From a virus, in the IMG/VR virus record IMGVR_UViG_3300013883_000004: a stretch of 30,984 nucleotides of DNA; one strand, written 5' to 3'. The position numbers were made by a program, and so were the translations under genes. The notes under the pieces were generated by a model, which saw only the letters and a list, made by a program, of their open reading frames with translations, was not told the DNA's origin and did no database searches. Below are positions 20,184-29,559 of the stretch, one piece after another. The stretch's first letter is position 1; every line of letters starts with the position of its first letter.

Positions 20184-22446
20184 AGAATTAGAAGTTCTAA
20201 TAACTGCAAATGCAGATAAGTTAAGGCTGGAACTTCAAAACACAAATACAAAACTTTCAGAATTACAAAATCAAGTTAAGGGTGTTAATAAAAGCATTGG
20301 AACTAATTTGGTTGGTTCTATACTTAAAGCGAATATTGCCACAAAGGTTTTAATGAGTGTGTTAAGAACAACTGTTAATATTACAAAGACAGTCATTACA
20401 AAGACATTTCAATTAGGAAGTCAATATACCAGATTAAAAACAGCAACAGAGGTTATTACAAGAAATATGGGAATGACTACCGAACAAGTAGAAGGGCTTA
20501 GGAATGCTTTGGAAGATGCTAACACTTATGGTAGTCAAGCTGAAAATGTTATTAAGACACTTGCCTTATCAGGACTTGTGGATATGGCAAATGGATTAAA
20601 GACTATTGATGCTAGAACAGGAAAAGCGGTAGAAGGAACAACAGCTTTAATTCTTACAATGAAAGATTTAGGTGCTACTGCTGGAATTGACAGTGCAGAG
20701 GCAATTGACAGATTAACAAAGTTTGTTAGAAGGGGAGAGTTATCGTTTGCTGATGGACTTGTAGAAATTGGTAATATCAATATGGCATATAAGGAGTATG
20801 CGGACAGTATTGGTAAGTCTGTAATGGAGTTATCTGCACAAGAAAGGGCACAAGTTAGGTTAAATATTGTAATGGAAGAAGGCAGAAAGTCATTAGGGGC
20901 TTATGCGTCTACAATGCAGACTTCTGGAAAAGCAGTATTAAGTATTGGAAATGTAGTAACTACCTTATACGAAAGACTTGGAAGTTATTTAGAGCCAATA
21001 TTTGCAAGTATATCACTGGCGGTATTTAGTTTTGTAGACTCTACTAGAACAGCACTTATTGCCAATGCACAAACTTTTCAGCAATGGGCAATTAGAGTTG
21101 CAGGATATGTAGTAGCAGTAGTTAGGGTACTTGGTTCTTGGTTAAGTGCCATACCTGGAATAGGTAAATACTTTGAGTCATTAGCCAACTTCTCATTGAA
21201 ACCTGTTGCTGTTACATTTGGAAAGATAGATGAGAATGCTAACAAAGCAAGTGGAGGAATGGATAAGGCAACAGGCAGTGCAAAGAAGTTGAGTAAACAA
21301 TTAGCAGGGTTTGATGAAATGACTGTTTTGAATAAAGAAGAAGGTGGTGGGGGAATGTTAGGTGGTGTTGCAAGTGGATTAGGTGATATAGGCAAGATAT
21401 TTGATGTATCTGCAATGAATGAGCAAGTTCAACAGATTAATGATATTGCTACTGATGTTAAAGACGATGTTGAAAGCAATATGGAAGGGATTAGAGATAC
21501 TATCGAAAAAACAGGAAAGGCAGTTTTAGTCTTTTTGGCAATTTTTATGGGATTAAAAACAATATCTTTAATAGGCTCTGCTGTATCAGGAGTAACAACA
21601 ATATTTGGTGGACTCGGAAAAATACTTACAGGATTAAATCCTACTGTGTTAATTATAATTGGAGTGATAGCAGTCCTTGCTGGATTAGCATATGTAGTAT
21701 GGAAGAACTGGGGACCTATTAGTGAGTGGTTCAAAAAGATGTGGGAAGATATTAAGACTTGGTTTAATGAAGGCATTGCAGGAATAACAGCACTATTTGA
21801 TGCAGTAGTAGGGTTCTTTAAGAATAAAATCGATTATATGGGAGTAATGATTAACAGGTTTGCTACCGATGTTGTTAATTGGTTTAAGGGGGTTGGAAAT
21901 AGTATAAACAATGCATTTAATACAGTTAAAAATACAGTTGTTTCTATATTTAGCAAGATAACAGACTCTGTTAAAAGTGCAATAGGAAATGTATTAAATT
22001 GGATAGAAGATAGATTTAGTAAGGTTAAAGGGTTCTTCTCTAATTTAGGCTTGACAATTGTTGAAGTTATAAAGAAACCGATAAACGCAATAATTAAAGG
22101 ACTTAATGTATTTATTGATAGTATAAATAAAATTAAAATGCCCGACTGGGTACCTGGTGTAGGTGGGAAAGGAATATCAATTAAAAAAATTAGTTATTTA
22201 GCAAAGGGTGGAGTTATAGACAGTCCTACAATGGCAATTATGGGAGAAGCAGGGAGAGAAGCCGTACTACCGTTGGATAGAAATACAGGGTGGGCAGAAG
22301 AAATTGCTAGACTAATTAATCAAAATAATGCAGGGCAACCTATACAATTAATAGTTAAAATTGGAGATGAGAAGATAGGTGAGAAGTTAATCGATTACAT
22401 AAATGAAAAAGGACTAAGAACAGGTGCTAATATATTAAACATATAG
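20164..22446 (+). CDS. Tail tape measure protein
   Basis: About 760 aa, helical and Ala/Gly-rich, with internal TM-like segments (LVFLAIFMGL..., VLIIIGVIAVLAGLAYVVW). Its position fits. The ATG at 20164 (MAKETVEEL) is preferred. Confidence 0.85.
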   Translation: MAKETVEELEVLITANADKLRLELQNTNTKLSELQNQVKGVNKSIGTNLVGSILKANIATKVLMSVLRTTVNITKTVITKTFQLGSQYTRLKTATEVITRNMGMTTEQVEGLRNALEDANTYGSQAENVIKTLALSGLVDMANGLKTIDARTGKAVEGTTALILTMKDLGATAGIDSAEAIDRLTKFVRRGELSFADGLVEIGNINMAYKEYADSIGKSVMELSAQERAQVRLNIVMEEGRKSLGAYASTMQTSGKAVLSIGNVVTTLYERLGSYLEPIFASISLAVFSFVDSTRTALIANAQTFQQWAIRVAGYVVAVVRVLGSWLSAIPGIGKYFESLANFSLKPVAVTFGKIDENANKASGGMDKATGSAKKLSKQLAGFDEMTVLNKEEGGGGMLGGVASGLGDIGKIFDVSAMNEQVQQINDIATDVKDDVESNMEGIRDTIEKTGKAVLVFLAIFMGLKTISLIGSAVSGVTTIFGGLGKILTGLNPTVLIIIGVIAVLAGLAYVVWKNWGPISEWFKKMWEDIKTWFNEGIAGITALFDAVVGFFKNKIDYMGVMINRFATDVVNWFKGVGNSINNAFNTVKNTVVSIFSKITDSVKSAIGNVLNWIEDRFSKVKGFFSNLGLTIVEVIKKPINAIIKGLNVFIDSINKIKMPDWVPGVGGKGISIKKISYLAKGGVIDSPTMAIMGEAGREAVLPLDRNTGWAEEIARLINQNNAGQPIQLIVKIGDEKIGEKLIDYINEKGLRTGANILNI

Positions 22447-22448
22447 AA

Positions 22449-22811
22449 ATGATTAGTTTATTAAAAATAGGTTCAACAGATTTAACAAGTTATCTAACTG
22501 AGTATACGGTTAGTTATCAGGATATGTGGACGGAGGCGGGAAGAAATCTTGCTGGAAACTTAAAGGCTACTTTTGTTGGTACAGTGCCAAAGATTAGTTT
22601 GACATTCAGACAACTAACAAAGTCAGAAGCGAATACTATTATAGGATTGCTTAATGGACATAGCTTTTCAGTAACTTGGTACGATATTCAGACACAGACT
22701 ACTAAGACAGGTACATTTTATCGTGGAGATTATGGTATTTCTATAAGAGATTTAACAAGTGAAAGATATAAAGAGTTTAGTGTTAACTTGATAGCATTTA
22801 ATAAGATATGA
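22449..22811 (+). CDS. Distal tail protein-like component (small)
   Basis: It follows the tape measure gene directly. The call rests on synteny alone. Confidence 0.4.
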   Translation: MISLLKIGSTDLTSYLTEYTVSYQDMWTEAGRNLAGNLKATFVGTVPKISLTFRQLTKSEANTIIGLLNGHSFSVTWYDIQTQTTKTGTFYRGDYGISIRDLTSERYKEFSVNLIAFNKI

Positions 22812-24136
22812 TAAATGTTAGTAGTGCTTTCAAGACAGCAATGAAAGCAGAAAGTAAAGAATTGTTGGCATACATAACCGACGGAACCACTCAATTGACA
22901 GAGGCTGATGACTTAAAGGGCGTAAGCATAAAATCAGAAGGTACTGTTATGCAAACCATTTTAAGAGGTGCTGATATTTCTTTCTTTGGTAATCACAATT
23001 TTTTAGATAAGGAAATTAATATAGGAATTGGAGTTAAGACTTCTAGTGGAAATGAGTATATAGATTATGGCAAGTTTGTAGTCTACGAGCAAAAAACTAA
23101 TATTGAAACAGGAGTAACAACAATTAGATGCTATGATAAGATGTATAAGGCATTGAAGTTATATGAAGCATTTGACTTTATATACCCTTACACGATTAAG
23201 GAACTTTTAGAGGAAATCTGTGAAAGATTAGGATACCAACTTGGAACAACAGACTTTTTTAATAAAGATGTTGTTATAAGCACAGATGTTTTCAATAAAC
23301 AGGATACTACCTACCGTATGATTTTAGATTGGATAGCAGAAGCTACTTGTAGTACAGTATGCTTTGGAGTAGATGACAAACTGAAACTTGTACCTGTTAT
23401 GGACACAGCTATTGATACTATAACTACTAATGAGTTAATGAGTTTAGGATTAAAAGAAAAGTGGGGACCTGTTAATAGTGTTTCTTTGGCACAAAATCCT
23501 ATTGAAGAAGATTTTGTATACAGGGGGGGTTATGAGTATGGTACTCTTTTATTAGAAAACGGAGAAGAAATGTTGCTTGAAAATGATGAGGTCTTTGAGT
23601 TAGAGGTGTTGCAGGAGATACAGGGTTTATATCAGATGAGGATAAGTAATAATCCCATTTTGGTGCAGGATAGAGAATTATTCATAGATGACATTGCAGA
23701 TATATTTATAGGGTATGAAGTTGAACCTTTTGATATATCTACAATATTTTTAGGGTATTATGAAGTAGGAGATAAGGTTAAGGTTAAAGATTTAAGTGAT
23801 GTAGAACATACTGGATTTATAACTTCTGTTTCTTTGTCAGTAGGAGATGGGAACAGCGAGAGTATTTCTTCTACCATTCCTGTAACGGCAAGGGATAATT
23901 ACAGAAAAGAGGCTGGTGTAATAAAGAGAACGATAATGTCTAGTCAGATAGGTTCAGAGAATATAGAGAATGAAGCAATCACAAACGAGAAGATAGAGAA
24001 CGAAGCAATCACAAACGAGAAGATTAAAGAGTTATCAGTAGACAAGTTAACAGCAGGTTCTTTGAAAGTTGGTACAGAGATAATAATTCCTGATGAAGAA
24101 GGGAATGCAATAATTTATATAGCAAATGTACCATAA
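22808..24136 (+). CDS. Tail-associated / baseplate hub protein (Tal-like, prophage-tail family)
   Basis: A 442-aa protein in second position after the tape measure. The C-terminus carries fibre-like IENEAITNEK repeats. Confidence 0.55.
   Translation: MINVSSAFKTAMKAESKELLAYITDGTTQLTEADDLKGVSIKSEGTVMQTILRGADISFFGNHNFLDKEINIGIGVKTSSGNEYIDYGKFVVYEQKTNIETGVTTIRCYDKMYKALKLYEAFDFIYPYTIKELLEEICERLGYQLGTTDFFNKDVVISTDVFNKQDTTYRMILDWIAEATCSTVCFGVDDKLKLVPVMDTAIDTITTNELMSLGLKEKWGPVNSVSLAQNPIEEDFVYRGGYEYGTLLLENGEEMLLENDEVFELEVLQEIQGLYQMRISNNPILVQDRELFIDDIADIFIGYEVEPFDISTIFLGYYEVGDKVKVKDLSDVEHTGFITSVSLSVGDGNSESISSTIPVTARDNYRKEAGVIKRTIMSSQIGSENIENEAITNEKIENEAITNEKIKELSVDKLTAGSLKVGTEIIIPDEEGNAIIYIANVP
23963..24022 (+). 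repeat. In-frame 30-nt tandem duplication (IENEAITNEK x2)
   Basis: 23963-23992 and 23993-24022 differ at a single base (T versus C). Confidence 0.9.
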
Positions 24137-24573
24137 TGGCAGGTATTATATTGGTGAGAAAAAGCGGAATTAGTGGAGATGTAAGAGATTTAGGGCATAG
24201 AGACAGAACACTTGATAGCACGGTCAATCAATTGAAAGTGTTTATGTCAGGAAGTGGAACTGTCCATTTGGTTAAGGATTACGATATAGGAGATGACAAA
24301 GAGATTATAGACATAGAACATAATCTAGGATATCAGCCCTTTTTTGCAGGGTGGTTCAGAAAATCAGGAACAGAGCTATGGACGAAGATACCGTCTATGA
24401 TAGATATTGATATTAACGGAACACCAGAACACTTTTTAGGTGCAATGGGAAGACCTAGTGATAACATAATTCAATTGCACTTTTACACAATGTCAATATT
24501 CGGACCTATGTATGATGTATATTTAGATTATCACTATTTAATTTATGTAGACCCTTATAGAGATGCCTGGTAA
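24136..24573 (+). CDS. Tail/baseplate structural protein (hypothetical)
   Basis: TAATG overlap with the previous gene and location in the tail-tip module. Confidence 0.5.
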   Translation: MAGIILVRKSGISGDVRDLGHRDRTLDSTVNQLKVFMSGSGTVHLVKDYDIGDDKEIIDIEHNLGYQPFFAGWFRKSGTELWTKIPSMIDIDINGTPEHFLGAMGRPSDNIIQLHFYTMSIFGPMYDVYLDYHYLIYVDPYRDAW

Positions 24574-25618
24574 ATTGATAGGTGCAAAAACAGGACATAA
24601 TGCATTGACTACCGAACCTAAAAACTTGGCATTCAGCAGTGATTTTGAATTGAATAAAATTGCAAAGATAAAAAGGTTCACTAGCCAGGGTTCTGTTAAT
24701 CACGGATTTAACTATGCACCGAAGTTTATGTCAATGAGAGAAATAACCGCATCTCCATTAAAGATGGGTTGGGGAAATATGTGCGAAGTTGATGATGAGA
24801 AGATACATTCTTATATTGGAACACATACAACAAACTTTTCTTATGATAATTATCAGTCTGCAAGTGATAGTGCAACTTGGGCTATTATTTTTGTCGATAA
24901 TCTAACAGAAGGTAATTTCAAAAAAGAAATACACGGAGGAGTTATTCTTGTTGGAAATGGTGATAGCGATTACGATTACAAAATACATAGTAAATATGAT
25001 ACCTTTAAGGTCATGACGACAGGGAGATTAACAGTCAATGCTTCTCAATATGACAACGGTTCAGGTGGAGGAGTAAAAACAACAACTGCAACCTATAATC
25101 ATAATCTCGGATATGTGCCTATTTTTGCACCTTTTGTAGATTATGAAATAAATAAAGACGAATATTTATCTTGGAATGGTCAATATAATAGTAATTCGTG
25201 GATAAGTGGTTATACATATCATATCGGAGAAGAGGTTTATGAAGACGATAGCGGGAAATGGTATAAATGTAAAAAGACACATGTGGCGAGTGCAAGTAAC
25301 AAACCCGAAAGTGGTGCAGAATGGACAATCTACTGGGATTATTATGTCGAACCTGATATGTATAACACTTATTTTAACAACCTTGAAGATATGAAACTTA
25401 TATACGGAGGTGTTGAATTATATAACTACTCAACCTTTTTATATTATGCGACAGAAACACAGTTGGTATTAAGTTTGGTTCAGACACAGGCACCTGATAT
25501 GTGGACAGAAGACCATCAATATTTAATATACGAGCATCAACCTTGTCCAGCAGAGACGGTATATGTTGACTATACGATTTTCTATAACAAGGCAAATGAA
25601 GAAGTTAATTTTTTGTAA
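24563..25618 (+). CDS. Putative receptor-binding / tail fibre protein
   Basis: A 351-aa protein rich in Tyr, Asn and Gly, located in the tail-tip module. I recognise no named motif. Confidence 0.45.
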   Translation: MPGKLIGAKTGHNALTTEPKNLAFSSDFELNKIAKIKRFTSQGSVNHGFNYAPKFMSMREITASPLKMGWGNMCEVDDEKIHSYIGTHTTNFSYDNYQSASDSATWAIIFVDNLTEGNFKKEIHGGVILVGNGDSDYDYKIHSKYDTFKVMTTGRLTVNASQYDNGSGGGVKTTTATYNHNLGYVPIFAPFVDYEINKDEYLSWNGQYNSNSWISGYTYHIGEEVYEDDSGKWYKCKKTHVASASNKPESGAEWTIYWDYYVEPDMYNTYFNNLEDMKLIYGGVELYNYSTFLYYATETQLVLSLVQTQAPDMWTEDHQYLIYEHQPCPAETVYVDYTIFYNKANEEVNFL

Positions 25619-25643
25619 TTTAATTTTTTTGGTATAATAAAAT

Positions 25644-26183
25644 ATGGGAAAAAGAATATCTCAATTAGCAGAAATAACAACAGTAGATAGTGACGACTTA
25701 CTTAATGTAGTTGATGTCAGTGATACCACTTATTCTGCGAGCGGAACTAATAAAAAGGCAACACTAAGCAAGTTTTTAGATTTCTTCTATCCTGTTGGCA
25801 CAATATATGAAACTACTTCTAGTAATTTAGATACTGTTGATAAAATGAATGCACATTTTGGAGGAACTTGGGAAGTATTTGGAGAAGGAAGAGTATTAGT
25901 AGCAAAGAGTAGTGATACAGAGTTTGATACTATTGGTAAAACTGGTGGGGAAAAGTATCATACTTTAACAATAGCAGAAATGCCACACCACTCACACGGA
26001 CAATTAGTTACTGCAAACCCTAACACAGGAGGTCCTGGTATAAGGGGTGATTTCAATGGAGCTGAAGGAACAGGATTATCAGGTTATCCACAAGGAATAT
26101 CAACATCCGGTGAGGGAGGTGGTGGTACACATAATAACTTACCACCTTATCAAGTAGTTTACCGATATAGGAGAACAGCTTAA
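25644..26183 (+). CDS. Tail fibre protein with phage tail-collar domain
   Basis: YPVGTIYETTS...FGGTWEVFGEGRVLV...GKTGGEKYHTLTIAEMPHHSH and the following Gly-rich tail match the Collar / MdpB-like pattern. Confidence 0.75.
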   Translation: MGKRISQLAEITTVDSDDLLNVVDVSDTTYSASGTNKKATLSKFLDFFYPVGTIYETTSSNLDTVDKMNAHFGGTWEVFGEGRVLVAKSSDTEFDTIGKTGGEKYHTLTIAEMPHHSHGQLVTANPNTGGPGIRGDFNGAEGTGLSGYPQGISTSGEGGGGTHNNLPPYQVVYRYRRTA

Positions 26184-26189
26184 AATGAT

Positions 26190-26483
26190 ATGGAAACACA
26201 AAAACAAGACAACAATTTAAGCACTAGAATGACTATTATGGAAGAACAGATAAAATCGATAGATGAAAAACTAGATAACTTGGATAAGAAACTAGACAAG
26301 ATGTCTTCCGATATATGCAGGACCTATGTAAGAAAGGATAATTATAATAAGGACATCAATGCATTGACAAAAGAAACGGAGGCACAATCTAAGCGAATTG
26401 ATGCTATTAACAAAATTGTATGGGTAGTGGTTAGCACGATATTGATTTTTGTGATAGAGCAGGTTCTAAGTTTAGTCTTGTAA
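26190..26483 (+). CDS. XhlA-like lysis-associated membrane protein (coiled coil plus C-terminal TM)
   Basis: The N-terminal heptads read IKSIDEKLDNLDKKLDKM, and the C-terminal TM is IVWVVVSTILIFVIEQVLSLVL. It lies directly upstream of the amidase. Confidence 0.5.
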   Translation: METQKQDNNLSTRMTIMEEQIKSIDEKLDNLDKKLDKMSSDICRTYVRKDNYNKDINALTKETEAQSKRIDAINKIVWVVVSTILIFVIEQVLSLVL

Positions 26484-26486
26484 AAA

Positions 26487-27362
26487 ATGGCAATACTAAG
26501 AACGGGGAAAACAATCGGGGTGTGCGTTCACCACTCCGCATATAAACCTGCAAATAATATTACAGAGTTAAAAGCACAAGCAAAATTGTTTGATGGTTGG
26601 CATAAAAACAAAGAATGGGCTGGAAAAATTAAGACAAAAGGAGAGTTTGGATACCAGTATATAGAATATCACTATCTAATCGCATTAGACGGTTCTTTAC
26701 TACAAGTTCAGGACGAAAAGTATGTTTTATATCACGCAGGAGATAATTTCAGGGGAGATAAGAGTTTTAATCTGCACGGAGTAGCAGTTTGCTTAACTGG
26801 GAATTATGAAACAGATAAACCTACTGATGCACAAATGCTAACTTTGGTTAAACTTATCAGAGATGTTGAAAAAAGATACAAGGTAAATGCATTAGTAAGA
26901 GGACACAAAGAAACTTCACAAACAGCAACAGCCTGTCCAGGCAAAAATATAGGCACTTCTAGTTCAGGTTGGCTAAAAAAGGTCGTTGAAAATGTTAATA
27001 ATTCAGCATACCCACCTGTAACACTGCCACAGTCCGTAGAACAAACGGAGTGTGAAAAAGAAGTAGACAGACTTAAAACAGAAAACAAGGGGCTCAATGA
27101 GGCTCTGGTAGCCTTAAAATCAGAGATAGAAAAGTTAAAAGGGGATTTGAAGTTGAAAAATGATAGGATAGTATTCTTGGAAGAAACTTTGAAAGAAAGG
27201 GAAGAGGAATTGAAAACTTTTGACACCGTTAAAGAAGAAAGAGATAGGTTTTTGAAAGAGAAATTAGAATTGGAAGAAGAAATAAGTAAACTAAAAAATG
27301 AAAAAGAGAATAGTCTGGTGAAAAAGATAGTAGACTTCCTTAATAAATTATTAAAGAAATAG
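26487..27362 (+). CDS. Endolysin: N-acetylmuramoyl-L-alanine amidase (Amidase_2/PGRP) with a coiled-coil tail of about 110 aa
   Basis: The amidase part shows VCVHHSAY...YHAGD...GVAVCLTGNY...GHKE...TACPG. The C-terminus is continuous heptad-rich sequence (DRLKTENKGLNEALVALKSEIEKLKGDLKLKNDR...). Confidence 0.8.
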   Translation: MAILRTGKTIGVCVHHSAYKPANNITELKAQAKLFDGWHKNKEWAGKIKTKGEFGYQYIEYHYLIALDGSLLQVQDEKYVLYHAGDNFRGDKSFNLHGVAVCLTGNYETDKPTDAQMLTLVKLIRDVEKRYKVNALVRGHKETSQTATACPGKNIGTSSSGWLKKVVENVNNSAYPPVTLPQSVEQTECEKEVDRLKTENKGLNEALVALKSEIEKLKGDLKLKNDRIVFLEETLKEREEELKTFDTVKEERDRFLKEKLELEEEISKLKNEKENSLVKKIVDFLNKLLKK

Positions 27363-27364
27363 AA

Positions 27365-27445
27365 ATGGGATTATGGTTTGGGTTTTTTGCTTTTGGACTT
27401 TTTGCTCTTTTAGTCACAGCATTTTTCAAAATGCGAGAAGGTTAA
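27365..27445 (+). CDS. 26-aa hydrophobic micro-ORF between the endolysin and holin genes
   Basis: Hand translation gives MGLWFGFFAFGLFALLVTAFFKMREG. It may not be expressed. Confidence 0.3.
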   Translation: MGLWFGFFAFGLFALLVTAFFKMREG

Positions 27446-27462
27446 ATTATTAGTTAAAAACT

Positions 27463-27798
27463 ATGGGAGAGGAATTATTGGTTTTATCTGCTAGTGTATC
27501 AGGAATGATAGGTGTTTTAGCACCTTTTATTTTACCTGCAATTTTTAAGTTTCTTAGTAAGATAACAAAGAAAGAGTTGAACAAAGAAGAGAAGAGATTA
27601 ACAGTAACCGTATTCTCAATATTAATTGCATTGGTTGTGATACTTGTTCAGTTTAGGTGGAGTGGGGATATAAAAGCAGACCTGAACAACCTTATTCAGT
27701 TCTTCTTTGTAAACTTTGTAGCAGTTAAGGGAATGATACAAACTATTTACGAATTGCTAATTAAAAATATCCCAGTGTTGACAGAAAGATTTAGTTAA
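27463..27798 (+). CDS. Putative holin
   Basis: A 111-aa protein with 2-3 hydrophobic helices (GMIGVLAPFILPAIFKFL; LTVTVFSILIALVVILVQF; LIQFFFVNFVAV), lying next to the endolysin gene. Confidence 0.55.
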   Translation: MGEELLVLSASVSGMIGVLAPFILPAIFKFLSKITKKELNKEEKRLTVTVFSILIALVVILVQFRWSGDIKADLNNLIQFFFVNFVAVKGMIQTIYELLIKNIPVLTERFS

Positions 27799-27799
27799 C

Positions 27800-28834
27800 A
27801 TGCCTTATATACAACTGCCAACGATTAAAAACAGGGGAAGTCCTGATAAGAAAAACGCAAGTAAAGTTAAAATTATTAAAAGAATTATGGAAAAAGAACA
27901 AGGCTTATATACCAGTCCTGATACATTTGAAAGTAAAAGAGATATAGAGATAAAAAACATTGAAAAAGGAAATGTTAGTATTGTCTACCCTGATAGATAT
28001 CTACCTGATTTGTCCTTTGAAGAACTTCACGAAGACATCAGAAGAAGAGCAGAAATCAGAAATGAAGTTGAGAATAAGGAGTATATTGCCAATATAGAAA
28101 TTAAGACAGATAGACCACTAGCAGTTGGTTGGTTTGCCGATATTCACAGTGGTGGAAGTGATATCGATTACGATAGACTAAAATGGGAAGCGGAGGAGGT
28201 TAGAAGAAATCCATATATGAAGTTGTTTCTAGGCGGAGATTTGGCTGATTGCTTTGATTTTAATCCTGCACAGTTTGGAGATGTTGCCAATATGAATGAA
28301 CAAAGATTGTATTTGTATAAGTTACTAGAATATATAGGATATGGGAATATACTTTGTGGAGTAAGTGGAAATCACGAAAGATTTACACAAAGAACTGGAT
28401 TAGACTTTTACACAGATATTAGAAAAAAGATACCCATTTTTGACGGGGTAGGAACTGTTAAGTTAAAGATTAACGATATTGAATATGTAGGAGCTTTAAT
28501 GCACAAACCTAAGGGGTACTCAATATATAATCCTAACCATCCACAAAAGAGATTCTCAATGGATAACGAGGGATACGACTTCATACTATCAGCACACATA
28601 CACGAGGGGGCTGAACAATCACAATTAAAGAAGACTGCTGATGGAGTTAAAAAACAAGTATTCTTATCAGGAAAGACTTTCAAGAGAGGTGACGATTTTT
28701 TAGATAAGAATAGCAATGTAAGGAAAGAGGGAGATGCTTTGGGTACGAATTGGATTGTATTTAACCATAAAAAGAAAATGATGATACCCTTGTCTTGCAC
28801 GGCGGAAGTAATTGAGTTTTATGGCAATATATGA
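27800..28834 (+). CDS. Calcineurin-like metallophosphoesterase
   Basis: The ordered motifs are DIHSGG (DxH), GGDLAD (GDxxD), GNHE and SAHIHEG (GHxH-like). Confidence 0.75.
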   Translation: MPYIQLPTIKNRGSPDKKNASKVKIIKRIMEKEQGLYTSPDTFESKRDIEIKNIEKGNVSIVYPDRYLPDLSFEELHEDIRRRAEIRNEVENKEYIANIEIKTDRPLAVGWFADIHSGGSDIDYDRLKWEAEEVRRNPYMKLFLGGDLADCFDFNPAQFGDVANMNEQRLYLYKLLEYIGYGNILCGVSGNHERFTQRTGLDFYTDIRKKIPIFDGVGTVKLKINDIEYVGALMHKPKGYSIYNPNHPQKRFSMDNEGYDFILSAHIHEGAEQSQLKKTADGVKKQVFLSGKTFKRGDDFLDKNSNVRKEGDALGTNWIVFNHKKKMMIPLSCTAEVIEFYGNI

Positions 28835-28977
28835 GAGCAAATTGGAACAAAATCTATAAGTGGAGTAAGTGGTTGCTAATATCATCTATTATATTTTTTG
28901 TTCTGCTTAACTGGAAATTGGTTCTGACTTGGATTACTTCACTATTCTTGTGGTTGTGGATTAAGTTAGTTCTTTAA
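28831..28977 (+). CDS. Small Trp-rich two-TM membrane protein (48 aa), below the track cutoff
   Basis: ATGA overlap with the phosphoesterase stop codon. Hand translation gives MRANWNKIYKWSKWLLISSIIFFVLLNWKLVLTWITSLFLWLWIKLVL. Confidence 0.45.
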   Translation: MRANWNKIYKWSKWLLISSIIFFVLLNWKLVLTWITSLFLWLWIKLVL

Positions 28978-28982
28978 CATAC

Positions 28983-29080
28983 AGACCTGAGCCCTTGAAA
29001 AACTCGGATAAGACAGGAGATTCTCCTGTGTATTAGTTCAGCAGGTCTTCGGTAGTCATAAAAGGGCTAGAAAGACTACC
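28983..29080 (+). ncRNA. Candidate structured RNA leader: three 7-bp helices plus a 7-bp pseudoknot
   Basis: AGACCTG (28983-28989) pairs with CAGGTCT (29042-29048). ACAGGAG (29013-29019) pairs with CTCCTGT (29023-29029). GGTAGTC (29051-29057) pairs with GACTACC (29074-29080). AGCCCTT (28990-28996) pairs with AAGGGCT (29062-29068), which lies in the loop of the third hairpin. Hand-counted GC is about 45% over 28981-29080. Confidence 0.4.
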
Positions 29081-29139
29081 ATTGAATATGGAACTATTGA
29101 ATTGCTTTCTTCAACTATCAAAAGGAAAGGAGATGTGAA

Positions 29140-29316
29140 ATGGGCTTGGAAGACTTATTTGAATGTGAAGGGTGCAGAACAGAAAGTGGAGATTGTCCAT
29201 TGTTCGTATGCTATGATGACGGTTTCTATTTAGTTTGTTGCTTAGTGTATGCGATAAAAAGAAACCTAGTGCTAATCAAGAAAATGGGCGAAAAAGACGA
29301 AGAAGATGAGGTGTGA
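29140..29316 (+). CDS. Small Cys-rich protein (58 aa), below the track cutoff
   Basis: A strong SD, AAGGAGA, sits 7 nt before the ATG. Hand translation gives MGLEDLFECEGCRTESGDCPLFVCYDDGFYLVCCLVYAIKRNLVLIKKMGEKDEEDEV. It overlaps the HNH gene by 11 nt. Confidence 0.5.
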   Translation: MGLEDLFECEGCRTESGDCPLFVCYDDGFYLVCCLVYAIKRNLVLIKKMGEKDEEDEV

Positions 29317-29551
29317 TGTGAACAGCGACTGGAAGCAGGTAATTCGGAATAGGGACAAAATATGTCAGATATGTGGAACAGTTGGAAGCAGAGAAAATCC
29401 TTTAACGGTTCACCATATCATTTACAAATGTCAAGGAGGAAGCAACTCACCAGATAATTGTGTTCTATTGTGCAGAAATTGCCACGACAGAGTTCATAGA
29501 CAGAACCCCGTGAGAAGAAAAAGGCAAAAGAAGCACGGTAGAAGACATTAA
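29306..29551 (+). CDS. HNH endonuclease (81 aa)
   Basis: The motif reads CQICG...HHIIYKCQGGSNSPDNCVLLCRNCHDRVH, and the C-terminal tail is basic. Confidence 0.85.
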   Translation: MRCDVNSDWKQVIRNRDKICQICGTVGSRENPLTVHHIIYKCQGGSNSPDNCVLLCRNCHDRVHRQNPVRRKRQKKHGRRH

Positions 29552-29559
29552 TAGTTCAA

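Noticed and set aside
25206-25394. A + strand 62-aa ORF nested out of frame inside the 24563-25618 tail fibre gene
   Set aside because: It is fully contained in a longer ORF that fits the operon phasing. It has no independent signal and no recognisable motif.
28987-29000. A hammerhead-like CUGA...GAAA in the structured leader
   Set aside because: The core would need CUGANGA, but the sequence reads CUGAGCC. The flanking helices are also not arranged as hammerhead stems I to III.
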